A DNA stretch of 64,000 nt from an uncultured delta proteobacterium (GCA_963816395.1 CAWFKQ010000005.1:192001-256000), one strand, 5' to 3'; shown: positions 22,016-31,999, counted from the stretch's first letter. Notes: generated by a model not told the origin, from the sequence alone. Translations and numbers: made by a program.

Positions 22016-23111
22016 GCGGCTGTTCGATCGTCATCCTCGGGCTGTCGATCACCTCTTCCTGGGGCAACGGACACGCCACCACCTATCGCGGGCTGGTACG
22101 CGAACTGGCCCGGCGCGGCCACGAGCTGATCTTCCTCGAGCGGGATGTCCCCTGGTACGCCGCCCACCGTGATCAGGCGGCGCCGCCCGGCGCCCGCACC
22201 CATGCTTTATGCCTCCCGGGAGGAGCTGCGCGAGCGTTTCACCGCTGTCGTCAGCGGCGCCGACCTGGTGATCGTCGGCTCCTATGTCCCCGAAGGGACG
22301 GCGGTAGCCGCCTGGGTCCTGGAGACCGCCCGGGGAGTGACCGCCTTCTATGACATCGATACCCCGATCACCCTGGCCAAGCTGGCCATCGGGGACACCG
22401 AGTACCTCTCGGCCGAGCTTATCCCGCACTTCGACCTTTATCTGAGCTTTACCGGCGGTCCCACCCTGCTTCGGCTGGAACAGGATTTCGGCGCCCGGCG
22501 CGCCCTTCCCCTGTACTGCTCGGTAGACCCCGCGCAGTATTTTCCGACGGTGGCGGCAAGCGACTGGGACCTCGGCTATCTCGGCACCTACAGTCCCGAT
22601 CGCCAGGCGGGTCTGGAAAATTTGCTGCTCGACCCAGCCCGTCTGTGGCCGGCCGGGCGCTTCGTTGTCGCCGGCCCCCAGTTCCCGGCGAACCTCGCCT
22701 GGCCGTCGAACGTCAGCCGCATTGATCACCTTCCCCCCGACCGCCACCGGGACTTCTACAACGCCCAGCGCTTCACCCTCAACCTGACCCGCGCCGATAT
22801 GCGCCGTGCCGGCTGGTCGCCGAGCGTGCGCCTGTTCGAGGCGGCGGCTTGCGGTATTCCGATCATCAGCGACTGGTGGGAAGGGCTGGACAGCCTGTTT
22901 GAACCGGGGCGGGAGATCCTCATCGCCCGCACGGCGGCGGAGGTGGAATTTTTCCTGCGGCAGATGCCGGAAGAGGAACGGCGGGAAATCGGCGCTGCCG
23001 GGCCGCCGGAGTATCCTCCGCAACCATACCGCCGGGCACCGGGCAGCAGAGTTGGAGGGTTATCTGGCACAGTGCCGCGCGGCAGCCCCGCCCGTCGCCG
23101 CCAGAGTCTGA
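22012..23111 (+). CDS. CgeB-family protein 3; frameshifted
   Basis: [56 protein letters not shown]. Confidence 0.85.
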
Positions 23112-23166
23112 AGCCGCTGCAGTTGGCCACCGGCAGAGGACTATTCAACAACCAAGGAGGCAGTCC

Positions 23167-24246
23167 ATGCCATCCGTCCATCCGCAGATGATCGCCCAGG
23201 GAAAAGGGTCGGCCCAGCGGACCGGCTCGGTACCGGCGGGAAGGGTTCTGGTCACCGGCGGCGCCGGCTTCATCGGCTCCCACTTGTGCGAACGCCTACT
23301 GGCCGACGGACACGAGGTGATCTGTGTGGACAATTTCTCCACCGGCTCACCCGCCAATATTGCCCATCTGCTCACCAACCGCAGGTTCCGCCTGATCGAG
23401 CACGACATGGTCAAGTCATTGCACCTGGAGGTGGAGCAGATCTATAATCTTGCCTGCCCGGCCTCTCCCGTCCATTACCAACGCGATCCGATCCGTACCA
23501 CGACCACCAGCGTACTAGGCGCACTGAATGCGCTGGAACTGGCCCGTCGGCTGGGAGTTCCGGTTCTGCAGACTTCCACCAGCGAAGTGTACGGCGACCC
23601 GGCCGTGCATCCGCAAACGGAAGAGTACTGGGGCCATGTCAACCCGATCGGGCAGCGCTCCTGCTATGACGAGGGGAAACGCTGCGCCGAATCGCTCTTC
23701 TTCGACTATCATCGGCAGCACGGTGTAGATATCAAGGTTTGCCGCCTGTTCAATACGTATGGGCCGCACATGCACCCGGCCGACGGCCGGGTGGTCTCCA
23801 ACTTTCTCGTGCAGGCCCTGTGCAATGAGCCGATCACGGTCTTTGGTCGGGGATCGCAGACCCGCTCCTTCTGCTATATCGACGATATGGTGGAAGCCTT
23901 GATCAGAATGATGTCGTCTGCGCCCGGGTTCTGCGGGCCGGTAAATCTGGGCAACCCGGAAGAGTTCACTATCCTCGAACTGGTCGAGAAGGTTCTGGAA
24001 GTGACCGGTTCGGAATCGCAAACGGTTTTCCAGCCGCTCCCCCAGGATGATCCCCGGCAACGTCGGCCGGACATTGGCCTGGCCCGACGGGTTCTCGGCT
24101 GGCAGCCGACGACCAGGCTGCGGGAAGGACTGGTTCTGACTGCCGCTTATTTCGAGGAGCGCCTGCACCAGACGACGAAGGGAAAACTGCCGATCAGCAG
24201 CTCCGCCCCGTTCGTGGCATCTGAAACAAACCCGCTCGGCGGCTGA
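23167..24246 (+). CDS. UDP-glucuronate decarboxylase (UDP-xylose synthase) family
   Basis: [53 protein letters not shown]. Confidence 0.92.
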   Translation: MPSVHPQMIAQGKGSAQRTGSVPAGRVLVTGGAGFIGSHLCERLLADGHEVICVDNFSTGSPANIAHLLTNRRFRLIEHDMVKSLHLEVEQIYNLACPASPVHYQRDPIRTTTTSVLGALNALELARRLGVPVLQTSTSEVYGDPAVHPQTEEYWGHVNPIGQRSCYDEGKRCAESLFFDYHRQHGVDIKVCRLFNTYGPHMHPADGRVVSNFLVQALCNEPITVFGRGSQTRSFCYIDDMVEALIRMMSSAPGFCGPVNLGNPEEFTILELVEKVLEVTGSESQTVFQPLPQDDPRQRRPDIGLARRVLGWQPTTRLREGLVLTAAYFEERLHQTTKGKLPISSSAPFVASETNPLGG

Positions 24247-24256
24247 AGGAGGCGAG

Positions 24257-24685
24257 ATGACAAGGCTGTTGTTCCTGCTGATACTCCTGCTGCCACTGGT
24301 TGCCTGTGAAAGGCAGGAAAAAGATACGACGCCGAAGACCTCGGCCGGACAGGCGGCCGTGGAGAAAGGTACCGCAGGGCGGACAGGGCAGAAGCAGGGC
24401 GGAGAGGAAAAAGTTCCCTACCCTATCGATCTGCAGCAGGGTGAGAAAGTTTACCGGGAAGTTTGCGCCACCTGCCACCGCGAAGGGATCGCCGGCGCGC
24501 CGAAGATGGGGGACAAAGAGGCCTGGCAGCCGCGCATCGCCAAGGGGCTCCCGACGCTGGTGGAAAATTCGATCAACGGTTACCAGGGAAACCAGGGCGT
24601 GATGCCGCCGAAGGGAGGGGCAAAAAGTCTCAGCAACCAGCAGGTCGCCTCGGCGGTCGCCTACATCGTCCGGCAGAACCGATGA
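24257..24685 (+). CDS. Monoheme cytochrome c5-family lipoprotein
   Basis: Lipobox LVAC, CATCH, GAPKMGDKEAW, MPPKGG. Confidence 0.9.
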   Translation: MTRLLFLLILLLPLVACERQEKDTTPKTSAGQAAVEKGTAGRTGQKQGGEEKVPYPIDLQQGEKVYREVCATCHREGIAGAPKMGDKEAWQPRIAKGLPTLVENSINGYQGNQGVMPPKGGAKSLSNQQVASAVAYIVRQNR

Positions 24686-24698
24686 AGGGCCGCAGGAA

Positions 24699-24780
24699 TA
24701 GTGAGGTAGTGAGGACTCTTGCTACCTCACTGCTTCTTGGTATCTACTATCTCCCTGTCTCACTACTTGCTACCTCACTG
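24699..24780. repeat. Inverted tandem-octamer element (TAGTGAGR), copy 1
   Basis: TAGTGAGG x2 ... CTCACTACTTGCTACCTCACTG. Confidence 0.75.
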
Positions 24781-24804
24781 CTCTTTTGAAGGAGAAACCC
24801 GCCC

Positions 24805-25098
24805 GTGCCGACTCTCACCGGGAAACAGCTTCGTTACCTGCGCGGCCTTGGACATCACCTGACGCCGGTTGTCCGCGTAGGCAAGGAGCAGATCAGTGAA
24901 AACGTGCTCCGATCCACCGAAGAGGCCCTGGAGGCCCATGAATTGATCAAAGTGAAGGTGCAGGAGGGTTGCGATCTGGATCGCCGGGAAGTGGCGGTCT
25001 CTCTAGCCGACCGGACCGGCGCTTCGGTGGTGCAGATTCTCGGCGGCACCATCCTGCTTTACCGCCCGAGTGACCAGAACAAAATCCAATTTCAATAG
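24805..25098 (+). CDS. yhbY: Ribosome assembly RNA-binding protein YhbY
   Basis: LTGKQLRYLRGLGHHL, HELIKVKV, QILGGTILLYR. Confidence 0.93.
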   Translation: MPTLTGKQLRYLRGLGHHLTPVVRVGKEQISENVLRSTEEALEAHELIKVKVQEGCDLDRREVAVSLADRTGASVVQILGGTILLYRPSDQNKIQFQ

Positions 25099-25201
25099 GG
25101 AGATAGCGAGATAGTCAGGTAGTGAGACAGAAAAAAACTCCTGCTCATGCACCATTTTTCTGGTTTACTATCTCTCTATCTCACTACTTGCTACCTCACT
25201 G
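25096..25201. repeat. Inverted tandem-octamer element, copy 2
   Basis: Degenerate GATAGTGA units, then TCTCACTACTTGCTACCTCACTG, identical to the core of copy 1. Confidence 0.75.
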
Positions 25202-25217
25202 ATTTTCTGACTTCAGC

Positions 25218-26351
25218 TTAGACCCTCTCGTACGGGTCAAACAGCCTCTTATACTCTTCCAGCGCGTAGCGGTCGGTCATGCCGGCGATATAATCGCAGA
25301 TGACCCGTTCCTTCCCGAAGACCTTGCATTTTTCCTGATAATCCTGAGGAAGAAGGGAGGGATGGAGGAGATAGCTCTCGAAGAGCTGGGTTAAAAAGCG
25401 CTCAGCCTTGACCCGCATCCGCTCCACCTTGTAATGGCGATAAAGCCGTTTCCGCAGAAACACCTTCAAGTGGCTGTTTTTAGCTTGGAATTCGTCACTG
25501 AACGCGATCAGCTGTCGGGGCTGACGGCGCACCGCCTCCAGGCTGTCAATCCGCCGCTCATGCAAGTTTCCGCGGGTGGTGACCACCAGATCTTCGATGA
25601 GTGTACCGATCAGGTGACTGATCGTCTGGTAGACCTGACGAGGCGCATCCAGCCCTGGGTACTTACGACCGACCAAGGCAAAGGTGTCGCGCCAAAGTTC
25701 GACCCCGGCGAGCTCCTCCAGGGTGATAAGGCCGGCCTTCAGGCCATCATCGATATCATGGTTGTTATAGGCGATTTCATCGGCCAGATCGATGATCTGG
25801 GCCTCCAGGGTGGGGCGCAGCTCCGGCTCGTATTCGGCGAAGTCAGCCTTCCCGGGGCAATCGTAATCGGAAGAATGCTTGATGATCCCTTCCCGGGTTT
25901 CCCAGCAGAGATTGAGCCCGTCGAAACCGGGATACCGCTCCTCCAGCACCTCGACGATACGCAGCGATTGGCTGTTGTGCTCGAAGCCGCCGAAGCCAGT
26001 CATCAGATGATTGAGCACCTCCTCGCCGGTATGGCCAAAAGGGGTATGCCCGAGGTCATGGGCCAACGCCAGCGCTTCGGTCAGGTCTTCATTCAATTGC
26101 AGGCGCCGAGCGATCCCGCGAGCGATTTGAGCGACCTCCAGAGAATGGGTGAGGCGGGTACGGTAGTAATCCCCCTCGTGGTTGACAAAGACCTGCGTCT
26201 TGTATTCCAGCCGGCGAAAGGCCGCGCAATGGATGATCCGGTCGCGGTCCCGTTCGAACCCGGGCCGGGAATCTTTAAGTACCTCGACAAAACGGCGGCC
26301 GCGGCTTTCGCTGCTGCGAGTCGCGTAAACGGCCAGATCAGGTCGTTCCAT
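25218..26351 (-). CDS. dgt: Deoxyguanosinetriphosphate triphosphohydrolase-like HD protein
   Basis: RDRDRIIH, FRRLEYKTQVF, RTRLTHSLEV, AHDLGHTPFGH, DYIAGMTD. Confidence 0.92.
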   Translation of the reverse strand: MERPDLAVYATRSSESRGRRFVEVLKDSRPGFERDRDRIIHCAAFRRLEYKTQVFVNHEGDYYRTRLTHSLEVAQIARGIARRLQLNEDLTEALALAHDLGHTPFGHTGEEVLNHLMTGFGGFEHNSQSLRIVEVLEERYPGFDGLNLCWETREGIIKHSSDYDCPGKADFAEYEPELRPTLEAQIIDLADEIAYNNHDIDDGLKAGLITLEELAGVELWRDTFALVGRKYPGLDAPRQVYQTISHLIGTLIEDLVVTTRGNLHERRIDSLEAVRRQPRQLIAFSDEFQAKNSHLKVFLRKRLYRHYKVERMRVKAERFLTQLFESYLLHPSLLPQDYQEKCKVFGKERVICDYIAGMTDRYALEEYKRLFDPYERV

Positions 26352-26530
26352 GACAATTCTCCCGGGGAACAGGCAATCTGCACCCACTTTAGCCTCTTTG
26401 CGCGGATCTGGCAATGCCGGACGAGTGACGGTGCATGGTGGAAAACCTTGACGCCGCGTTACCCCCTGTGCTAGTTTTTCCCCGTATTTTCGGCCATCTG
26501 CCAACTCACGGCAGCGGCAGGCGGGACGCG

Positions 26531-27100
26531 GTGCGGATCATCAGCGGTAGCGCAAAAGGAAAGAAACTGGCCTCTTTTTCAGGATTGCAGATCCGCCCAA
26601 CCGCCGATCGGGTCCGGGAATCGATCTTCAATATCCTGTTCAGCCGCATCGGCTCCTGCTGGGGGAAATCGGTCCTGGATCTTTATGCCGGTACCGGGGC
26701 GATGGCGCTGGAAGCCCTGAGCCGGGGGGCGCGACGGGCGGTGCTGATCGACCAGGGGAAGGAAGCCGCGCACCTGATACCGGCCAATCTGCGGGCTTGC
26801 CATCTGGAGCAGAAAGCAGACTTCATGCGTGCCAATGTGCTTGAGGCACTGCCCCGATTGAAGCCGGAAGCTTTCGACCTGATCTTTGTCGATCCGCCTT
26901 ACGACGACCGCGGCCTCGCCGGAGCAACTGTGGCGGATCTCGCCCGACTGGAGCTCCTGGCCGCCGGCGGCGTGCTCTGTTTGGAGACCGCCCGTGACGA
27001 GGAAATCCCGGGGGAAATTGGCAAATTCGAGCGCTGCCAGCTGCGTTCCTATGGAGGGACCGCTGTTCACATTTTCACCCATCCCAAGCCCGAGGCCTGA
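26531..27100 (+). CDS. rsmD: 16S rRNA m2G966 methyltransferase
   Basis: RIISG, RPTADRVRESIFNIL, DLYAGTG, DPPY; lies upstream of coaD. Confidence 0.92.
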   Translation: MRIISGSAKGKKLASFSGLQIRPTADRVRESIFNILFSRIGSCWGKSVLDLYAGTGAMALEALSRGARRAVLIDQGKEAAHLIPANLRACHLEQKADFMRANVLEALPRLKPEAFDLIFVDPPYDDRGLAGATVADLARLELLAAGGVLCLETARDEEIPGEIGKFERCQLRSYGGTAVHIFTHPKPEA

Positions 27101-27105
27101 GTGAG

Positions 27106-27606
27106 ATGAATAAGCACATTGCAGTTTATCCCGGCTCCTTCGATCCCATCACCTACGGTCATCTCGACATCATCCATCGCGGGCTGCAGGTATTCGATGA
27201 GCTGATCATCGCCGTTGCCCGCAATTCGGAGAAGAGAAGTCTGTTCACCACTGAGGAACGGCTGGAGATGATCCGCCGGACCGTCGATAATACCCCCCGC
27301 CTGCGGGTGGATACTTTCGAAGGGCTGCTGGTCGACTATGTCGCCGCGCAAGGCGCCCGGGTCATTCTGCGCGGGCTGCGGGCCGTATCCGATTTCGAGT
27401 ACGAGTTCCAGATCGCCCAGATGAACCACACCGTACAGGAGCAGGTCGAGACCCTGTTCATGATGACGGCGGTGCCATATGGCTACCTGAGCTCATCCAT
27501 CGTCAAAGAAGTGGCTTCCCTGCAGGGGACGGTCGAGGCCTTTGTACCGCCGGTGGTGCGAGTGGCCCTGGAAGGAAAATTCGGCCGGCGAAAGGAGGAA
27601 ACATGA
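27106..27606 (+). CDS. coaD: Pantetheine-phosphate adenylyltransferase
   Basis: YPGSFDPITYGHLDII, RGLRAVSDFEYE, SSSIVKE. Confidence 0.96.
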   Translation: MNKHIAVYPGSFDPITYGHLDIIHRGLQVFDELIIAVARNSEKRSLFTTEERLEMIRRTVDNTPRLRVDTFEGLLVDYVAAQGARVILRGLRAVSDFEYEFQIAQMNHTVQEQVETLFMMTAVPYGYLSSSIVKEVASLQGTVEAFVPPVVRVALEGKFGRRKEET

Positions 27607-27797
27607 TCACCCGGGAAATGACCATCGAGGAAGTGATCCGCCGCCATCCCGCAACCATTGCCATCTTCCGCCGCTTCGGTCTGGACTGTATGGACTGCCA
27701 GATCGCGCAGTTCGAACAGGTCGGACACGGCGCAGGGGTGCACAAGGTCAATGTTGAGGAGTTATTACGTGAGTTGAATAAGGTGATTCAATTTTGA
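27603..27797 (+). CDS. DUF1858-family small CxxC protein
   Basis: ITREMTIEEVI...GLDCMDC...ELLRELN. Confidence 0.8.
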   Translation: MITREMTIEEVIRRHPATIAIFRRFGLDCMDCQIAQFEQVGHGAGVHKVNVEELLRELNKVIQF

Positions 27798-27901
27798 ATT
27801 TTGAATTCTTGATTTTGAATTAAGGTCAAAATCAGGAGCCCCTGCCATCGAGCGATGGGTTCGCCTTTTAATTTAGAATTCAAAATCCAAAATTCAAAAT
27901 T
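27790..27901. repeat. Inverted tandem-heptamer element (TTTTGAA/TTCAAAA)
   Basis: About 4 units on the left, about 4 reverse-complement units on the right, with an internal CCATCG/CGATGG hairpin. Confidence 0.8.
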
Positions 27902-28607
27902 TCTCAACCTCTTCCACAAGCCTATCCAGAGCCTCGACCACCGCCGCCTCCAGGCGGGCACCCTTCTCCGCCGACGCCTTGGTGGGGTCGCCCCAGACCC
28001 CGCCAGGCCAGTATTTCCGCTTGTCGCGCACCAGGATCCCCGACGGAAAACTCGGATATTCCCTCACCCCCTGCCCTTTCACCAGTTGCGGGTGAGAGTG
28101 CAACAGGCGCGAAGTCTCGATTTCTCCCGCGTGCGCATCGTCCGGCGTCTCGATGATCCCCTTCCCTTCCCGGCTGGCCAGCATGAACTCGGTCAGCACC
28201 GCAATGCGCAGATCGGTAAAGCGCTGCAGCAGCTCCTCGCCGGCATCGATCAAGGTAGAGGTGTGCGTGCCGCCGGCGTGGCCGGTGAGCAGAATGAAGT
28301 TGCGCAGTCCCTGTCGATACAGGGTGCTGACAAGATCTATGGCGAGGGCGCGAAGGGTGGCGGTGGTGATGGAAAGGGTTCCCGGATGGTCTGCCGTGGA
28401 GCGGCAGACCCCATAGGGAATCGGCGGCGCGATGAAGATCGGCCGCCGCTCGGCCAGCCGGCGGCCGACCTCGACGGCATGCAGGGTATCGGTGCTGAGC
28501 GGCAGGTGCGCCCCGTGTTCCTCGGTAGAGCCGAAAGGGATGAGAACGGTGCGGGTCTTCTCCAGCCCCGCCGTGAATTCAGGCATGGTCAGGTTTTCGA
28601 TGATCAT
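27894..28607 (-). CDS. Creatininase-family amidohydrolase
   Basis: PFGSTEEHGAHLPLSTD, GHAGG, HAGEIETS, GDPTKASAEKG. Confidence 0.9.
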   Translation of the reverse strand: MIIENLTMPEFTAGLEKTRTVLIPFGSTEEHGAHLPLSTDTLHAVEVGRRLAERRPIFIAPPIPYGVCRSTADHPGTLSITTATLRALAIDLVSTLYRQGLRNFILLTGHAGGTHTSTLIDAGEELLQRFTDLRIAVLTEFMLASREGKGIIETPDDAHAGEIETSRLLHSHPQLVKGQGVREYPSFPSGILVRDKRKYWPGGVWGDPTKASAEKGARLEAAVVEALDRLVEEVEKF

Positions 28608-28617
28608 TTCTCGCCCC

Positions 28618-28698
28618 GTGAGATAGTGAGATAGTGAGATAGTGAGATACAAGATAGTGAGATATTTTTTACTACCTCACTACTTGCTATCTCACTGT
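28618..28698. repeat. Inverted tandem-octamer element, copy 3
   Basis: GATAGTGA x3-5 ... CCTCACTACTTGCTATCTCACTG. Confidence 0.8.
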
Positions 28699-28700
28699 TT

Positions 28701-29463
28701 TTAAGGCATTCCGAGCAGCCGATGGGTCTGCGGAATAACCCGGGTATGCGGATGAATCCGGCCGGCCCGGGTCTGCAGAGAAAGCAGCGAACTGCCCGAG
28801 ACGGCAATTTCTCCATCTCGGGTCACCGCCTGCAGGATCAGCGGCACGCCCGGGGCCACATCCTGCAGCAGGCGCGCCGCCTCTTCCACTTCCTCCGCGG
28901 GGGTTTCCTCGCCGATGACGATCTTCACCTGGCATTGCCGCTCGCGGGCCAGGGTCAGGAAAGCGCGATGGGCTGCCCAGGGGGTAGGCTGGCCGGTCTG
29001 GGAGGCAAGCTTGAGGTCCATGGCGATGTAGTCGAGATAGCGGCAAAAGAAGCGGCAGGGCCTGCGGCAGGGTACCGTTGGTTTCCAGGTAAATCGGCAG
29101 GATTTCCCGCAGCATCGGGAGCCATTCGGCCATAACCGGTGCCTGCACCAGCGGCTCTCCGCCGGTCAGGCTGAGCGAATGGTGGAGCCCAGGGAGTTCT
29201 TCCCGCCACTGGAAAAGGATATTGTAAAGGATCTCCAGCGCCACCGGGTTGGGGATACTGCGAAACTGGCCCGAGCCGGGAGCATCTTCCACCCGGCAGT
29301 CGGGTTGCGGCGCAAAGGGCGTATCGCAGTAGTCGCAAGCAAGATTGCAGCCGGCGAGCCGCACGAAGATCTGCCGGCAACCGACCAGCAGCCCCTCCCC
29401 CTGGATAGAGGAGAAAATCTCCAGGAGTTGGGCCTCAGTCGAGGCTGTAACTGGCGCGGGCAT
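28701..29463 (-). CDS. queE: 7-carboxy-7-deazaguanine synthase (radical SAM); one frameshift
   Basis: EIFSSIQGEG, GCNLACDYCDT, TGGEPL, LETNGT, MDLKL, VIPQTHR; adjacent to queD. Confidence 0.9.
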
Positions 29464-29806
29464 AATCGGATTCCCAGACGGTGACCATTTCCACCCGAAC
29501 ATTGCTGTTGTTGAGGCGATCGCCCAATTTCTCAAAGAGAAATCGAGACATGTTTTCGGAGGATGGGCTGATGACGTCGAACGGGGGAATTTCGTTCAGG
29601 TACTTATGATCGAGCAGGTCGAGGACGATCTTGGTCTCCCGCTTGAGAACCTTGAAATCGATCCCCAGGCCGGCCTGGTCAAGTTCCCGGGCGGCGACGG
29701 TCACCTCCACCTTCCAGTTATGCCCGTGCAGATTTTCGCAGTCCCCCTGGTAATTGCGCAGGTTATGGGCGGCGGCGAAATGCGTGTGAATGGTCAATCG
29801 GTACAT
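29435..29806 (-). CDS. queD: 6-carboxytetrahydropterin synthase
   Basis: FAAAHNL, CENLHGHNW, LDHKYLN, VWES. Confidence 0.94.
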   Translation of the reverse strand: MYRLTIHTHFAAAHNLRNYQGDCENLHGHNWKVEVTVAARELDQAGLGIDFKVLKRETKIVLDLLDHKYLNEIPPFDVISPSSENMSRFLFEKLGDRLNNSNVRVEMVTVWESDYARASYSLD

Positions 29807-29820
29807 CGGCCCTCCAGGGG

Positions 29821-30028
29821 TCAGGACTTGCGGGGGAATTCAATCACCTCGGCGACTTCTTCGGGGTCAACCCGGCGGCCGGAAATACGAGTACTCCTCG
29901 GTCGCCCAACGACCCAGGTCGACCAGGCGGCACTTCTCGGAGCAGAAGGGGCGGTGCGGATTGTCCTGCCAGGCGGTGCGGTTGCCGCAGCGCGGACAGG
30001 GAACACGGAAAATCTTCTTTTCTGTCAT
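29821..30028 (-). CDS. yacG: DNA gyrase inhibitor YacG; one frameshift
   Basis: Translated by hand: MTEKKIFRVPCPRCG...RPFCSEKCRLVDLGRWATEEY. Confidence 0.85.
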
Positions 30029-30296
30029 GCGACGAATTCCTTGCTCTTACGTTTTTCTATATTTAGCACAAAAAGCCGCCGGGGCTCAATTAGTCGGAGG
30101 CGGACATTAAATGCCATTTCCCGGCTCCCGACAACCATTTTCTGCGACGACCGCCAGTCTCGCGGCAGAATTCTACCAGGCCTTCCCCACAGCGGCAGGG
30201 ATTGCTTAAATGCAGATTAGAGGTATAAATGAAGTGGAGAGGATTAATGAACATTGGAGGATACCTCCTTTAACGGGCGATCAGGAAGGAGAAGAT

Positions 30297-30872
30297 ATGA
30301 AGAAATTTCTTAATCGGGCGAAGACAGTAAACCTGTTTCTTATTTTCCTGCTGCCGGCCCTGCTGGCGGCAACGGTGAAGACCTCCCCGGCGGCTACGGC
30401 CGGGGAGATCGACCCCCGTGTCGAGGTGGCACTCGGGCGCTTTTACAATGAGGTCCAGGGAGCCAGGGAATTCGCCAGGCAGGCCAAAGGACTGCTGGTC
30501 ATGCCGAGGGTGATCAAGGCCGGCTTCGTGATTGGCGGTGAATATGGCGAGGGCGCCTTGCTGGTCAACGGCAAGACCGTCGATTACTACAATCTCGTCG
30601 CCGGCTCCTATGGTCTGCAGATCGGCGCCGAGGCCAGGGACATCATCATTGCTTTCATGACGGAAAAAGCGCTGGAAAATTTCCGCGCCAGCCAAGGATG
30701 GGAAGCGGGAGTCGACGGCAATATAGCCCTGATCGACGTCGGCGGCGGACGACGCCTGGACACGACCACCCTCAGGGATCCCATCGTCGGTTTCGTCTTC
30801 GGCGTCAAGGGGCTGATGGCGGACCTGTCGCTCAAAGGGTCCAAGTTCACCCGGCTGGACAAGAGCAAATAG
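30297..30872 (+). CDS. Exported Ysc84/SYLF-domain protein
   Basis: Signal peptide; AKGLLVMP..IKAGFVIGGEYGEG, GLQIGAE, GLMADLSL. Confidence 0.85.
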   Translation: MKKFLNRAKTVNLFLIFLLPALLAATVKTSPAATAGEIDPRVEVALGRFYNEVQGAREFARQAKGLLVMPRVIKAGFVIGGEYGEGALLVNGKTVDYYNLVAGSYGLQIGAEARDIIIAFMTEKALENFRASQGWEAGVDGNIALIDVGGGRRLDTTTLRDPIVGFVFGVKGLMADLSLKGSKFTRLDKSK

Positions 30873-30910
30873 GGAAATGGACCTGAGTCAGGCGTTCGGG
30901 GGGTGGCGGG

Positions 30911-31306
30911 TTATTTCTTCGATCCTTCCACTGCCCCGCCGGCCTTGACCCAGGCGTCAAATCCCCCGCCGATATGGCAGACGTTCGCCAGCCCCATCAT
31001 CTGGGCGGTTTGCGCCGCCAGGGCCGAGCGCCAGCCGAGATTGCAGTAGAAGATAAATCGCTTCGGTTCATCGAAGAGGGCTTTGTGATAAGGGCTCTCC
31101 GGATCGATCCAGAACTCCAGCATCCCCCGGGGTACGTGCCGTGCCCCGGGAATCTTCCCCTCCCGCTGCAACTCACGGATATCACGCAGGTCAATGAACA
31201 GCACATTCTCCTCCCCGGCCGCTGCCAGCGCCGCCGCCACCGGGATGGTCTCGACTTCCCGCTCGGCGCGGGCGACCAGTTCCTTGTAGCCGATCTTGAT
31301 CGTCAT
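30911..31306 (-). CDS. Rhodanese-like domain protein
   Basis: IDLRDIRE, PRGMLEFWIDP, YCNLGWRSALA. Confidence 0.9.
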   Translation of the reverse strand: MTIKIGYKELVARAEREVETIPVAAALAAAGEENVLFIDLRDIRELQREGKIPGARHVPRGMLEFWIDPESPYHKALFDEPKRFIFYCNLGWRSALAAQTAQMMGLANVCHIGGGFDAWVKAGGAVEGSKK

Positions 31307-31465
31307 GATCGCTCCTCATGGATGGCCGATGTCGGAAAGCGCTCTTCGTCTTCCTGCATCGGCAGACAGGGTGAGGCCTTCGGGAGAACCCTGGCGCCCG
31401 GCATCTGGTAGCCGGGCAGTTTCCCGGCTCGCGGGTGAGACCGAACTCTGAGGAACAGAGCGCGG

Positions 31466-31999
31466 TTAGCGGGTAAGGGTGATGTCGGCGTGCAGATCGT
31501 CGGCTACCGCCGACAGCCCGATTTCGACCTGCTCCAGAGAGGCTCCCTCCGGTATCTGGATATGGATGTCCATCACGTAAAAGGGAGTGCCGCTGCCCGG
31601 TTCCGACCGTACGGTCGATTTGAGATCAAAGATGTTTATCGCCCGATCCGCCAGGAACTGGCTGACCTTGTAGACGATCCCCGCCTGGTCCACCCCCTCG
31701 ACGTGCAGCACGCAAGGCACGAAGCCAGCCGGCTTTGCCGCCTGGCTTTTCGGCAGCGGGCGCAGGAAGGCCGAAATCCCCTTCTCGTACTCCAGCCTGC
31801 GGCATTCCCGCTGCAACCGCTCCTCAACGTCTTTTCCCGGGCAGGTGAACAGGAGGGCCAGCGTGAACTCGTCGGCCAGCAGTCCCATCGTGGTATCCTC
31901 CAGGTTGCAGCCGTTTTCAAACAACAATCTGCTGACCTCGGCGACGATCCCGGGTCGGTCCTTACCAAAGGCGGTCATGATGTAGCGGTCGTTCATCAC
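31466..31999 (-). CDS. Tandem ACT-domain protein (GcvR-like)
   Basis: GKDRPGIVA and GVDQAGIVY ACT motifs. Confidence 0.85.
   Translation of the reverse strand: MMNDRYIMTAFGKDRPGIVAEVSRLLFENGCNLEDTTMGLLADEFTLALLFTCPGKDVEERLQRECRRLEYEKGISAFLRPLPKSQAAKPAGFVPCVLHVEGVDQAGIVYKVSQFLADRAINIFDLKSTVRSEPGSGTPFYVMDIHIQIPEGASLEQVEIGLSAVADDLHADITLTR

Noticed and set aside
25218..26351. dGTPase as an anti-phage defence gene
   Set aside because: It is the short housekeeping-type protein in a core neighbourhood (yhbY, rsmD, coaD) with no defence genes nearby.
24699..28698. Short repeats as a CRISPR array
   Set aside because: Units are 7-8 bp and tandem or inverted, with no regular unique spacers and no cas genes.
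28701..29806. queD/queE as part of a Dpd DNA-modification system
   Set aside because: No dpdA/tgt paralogue or other dpd genes; consistent with ordinary queuosine synthesis.
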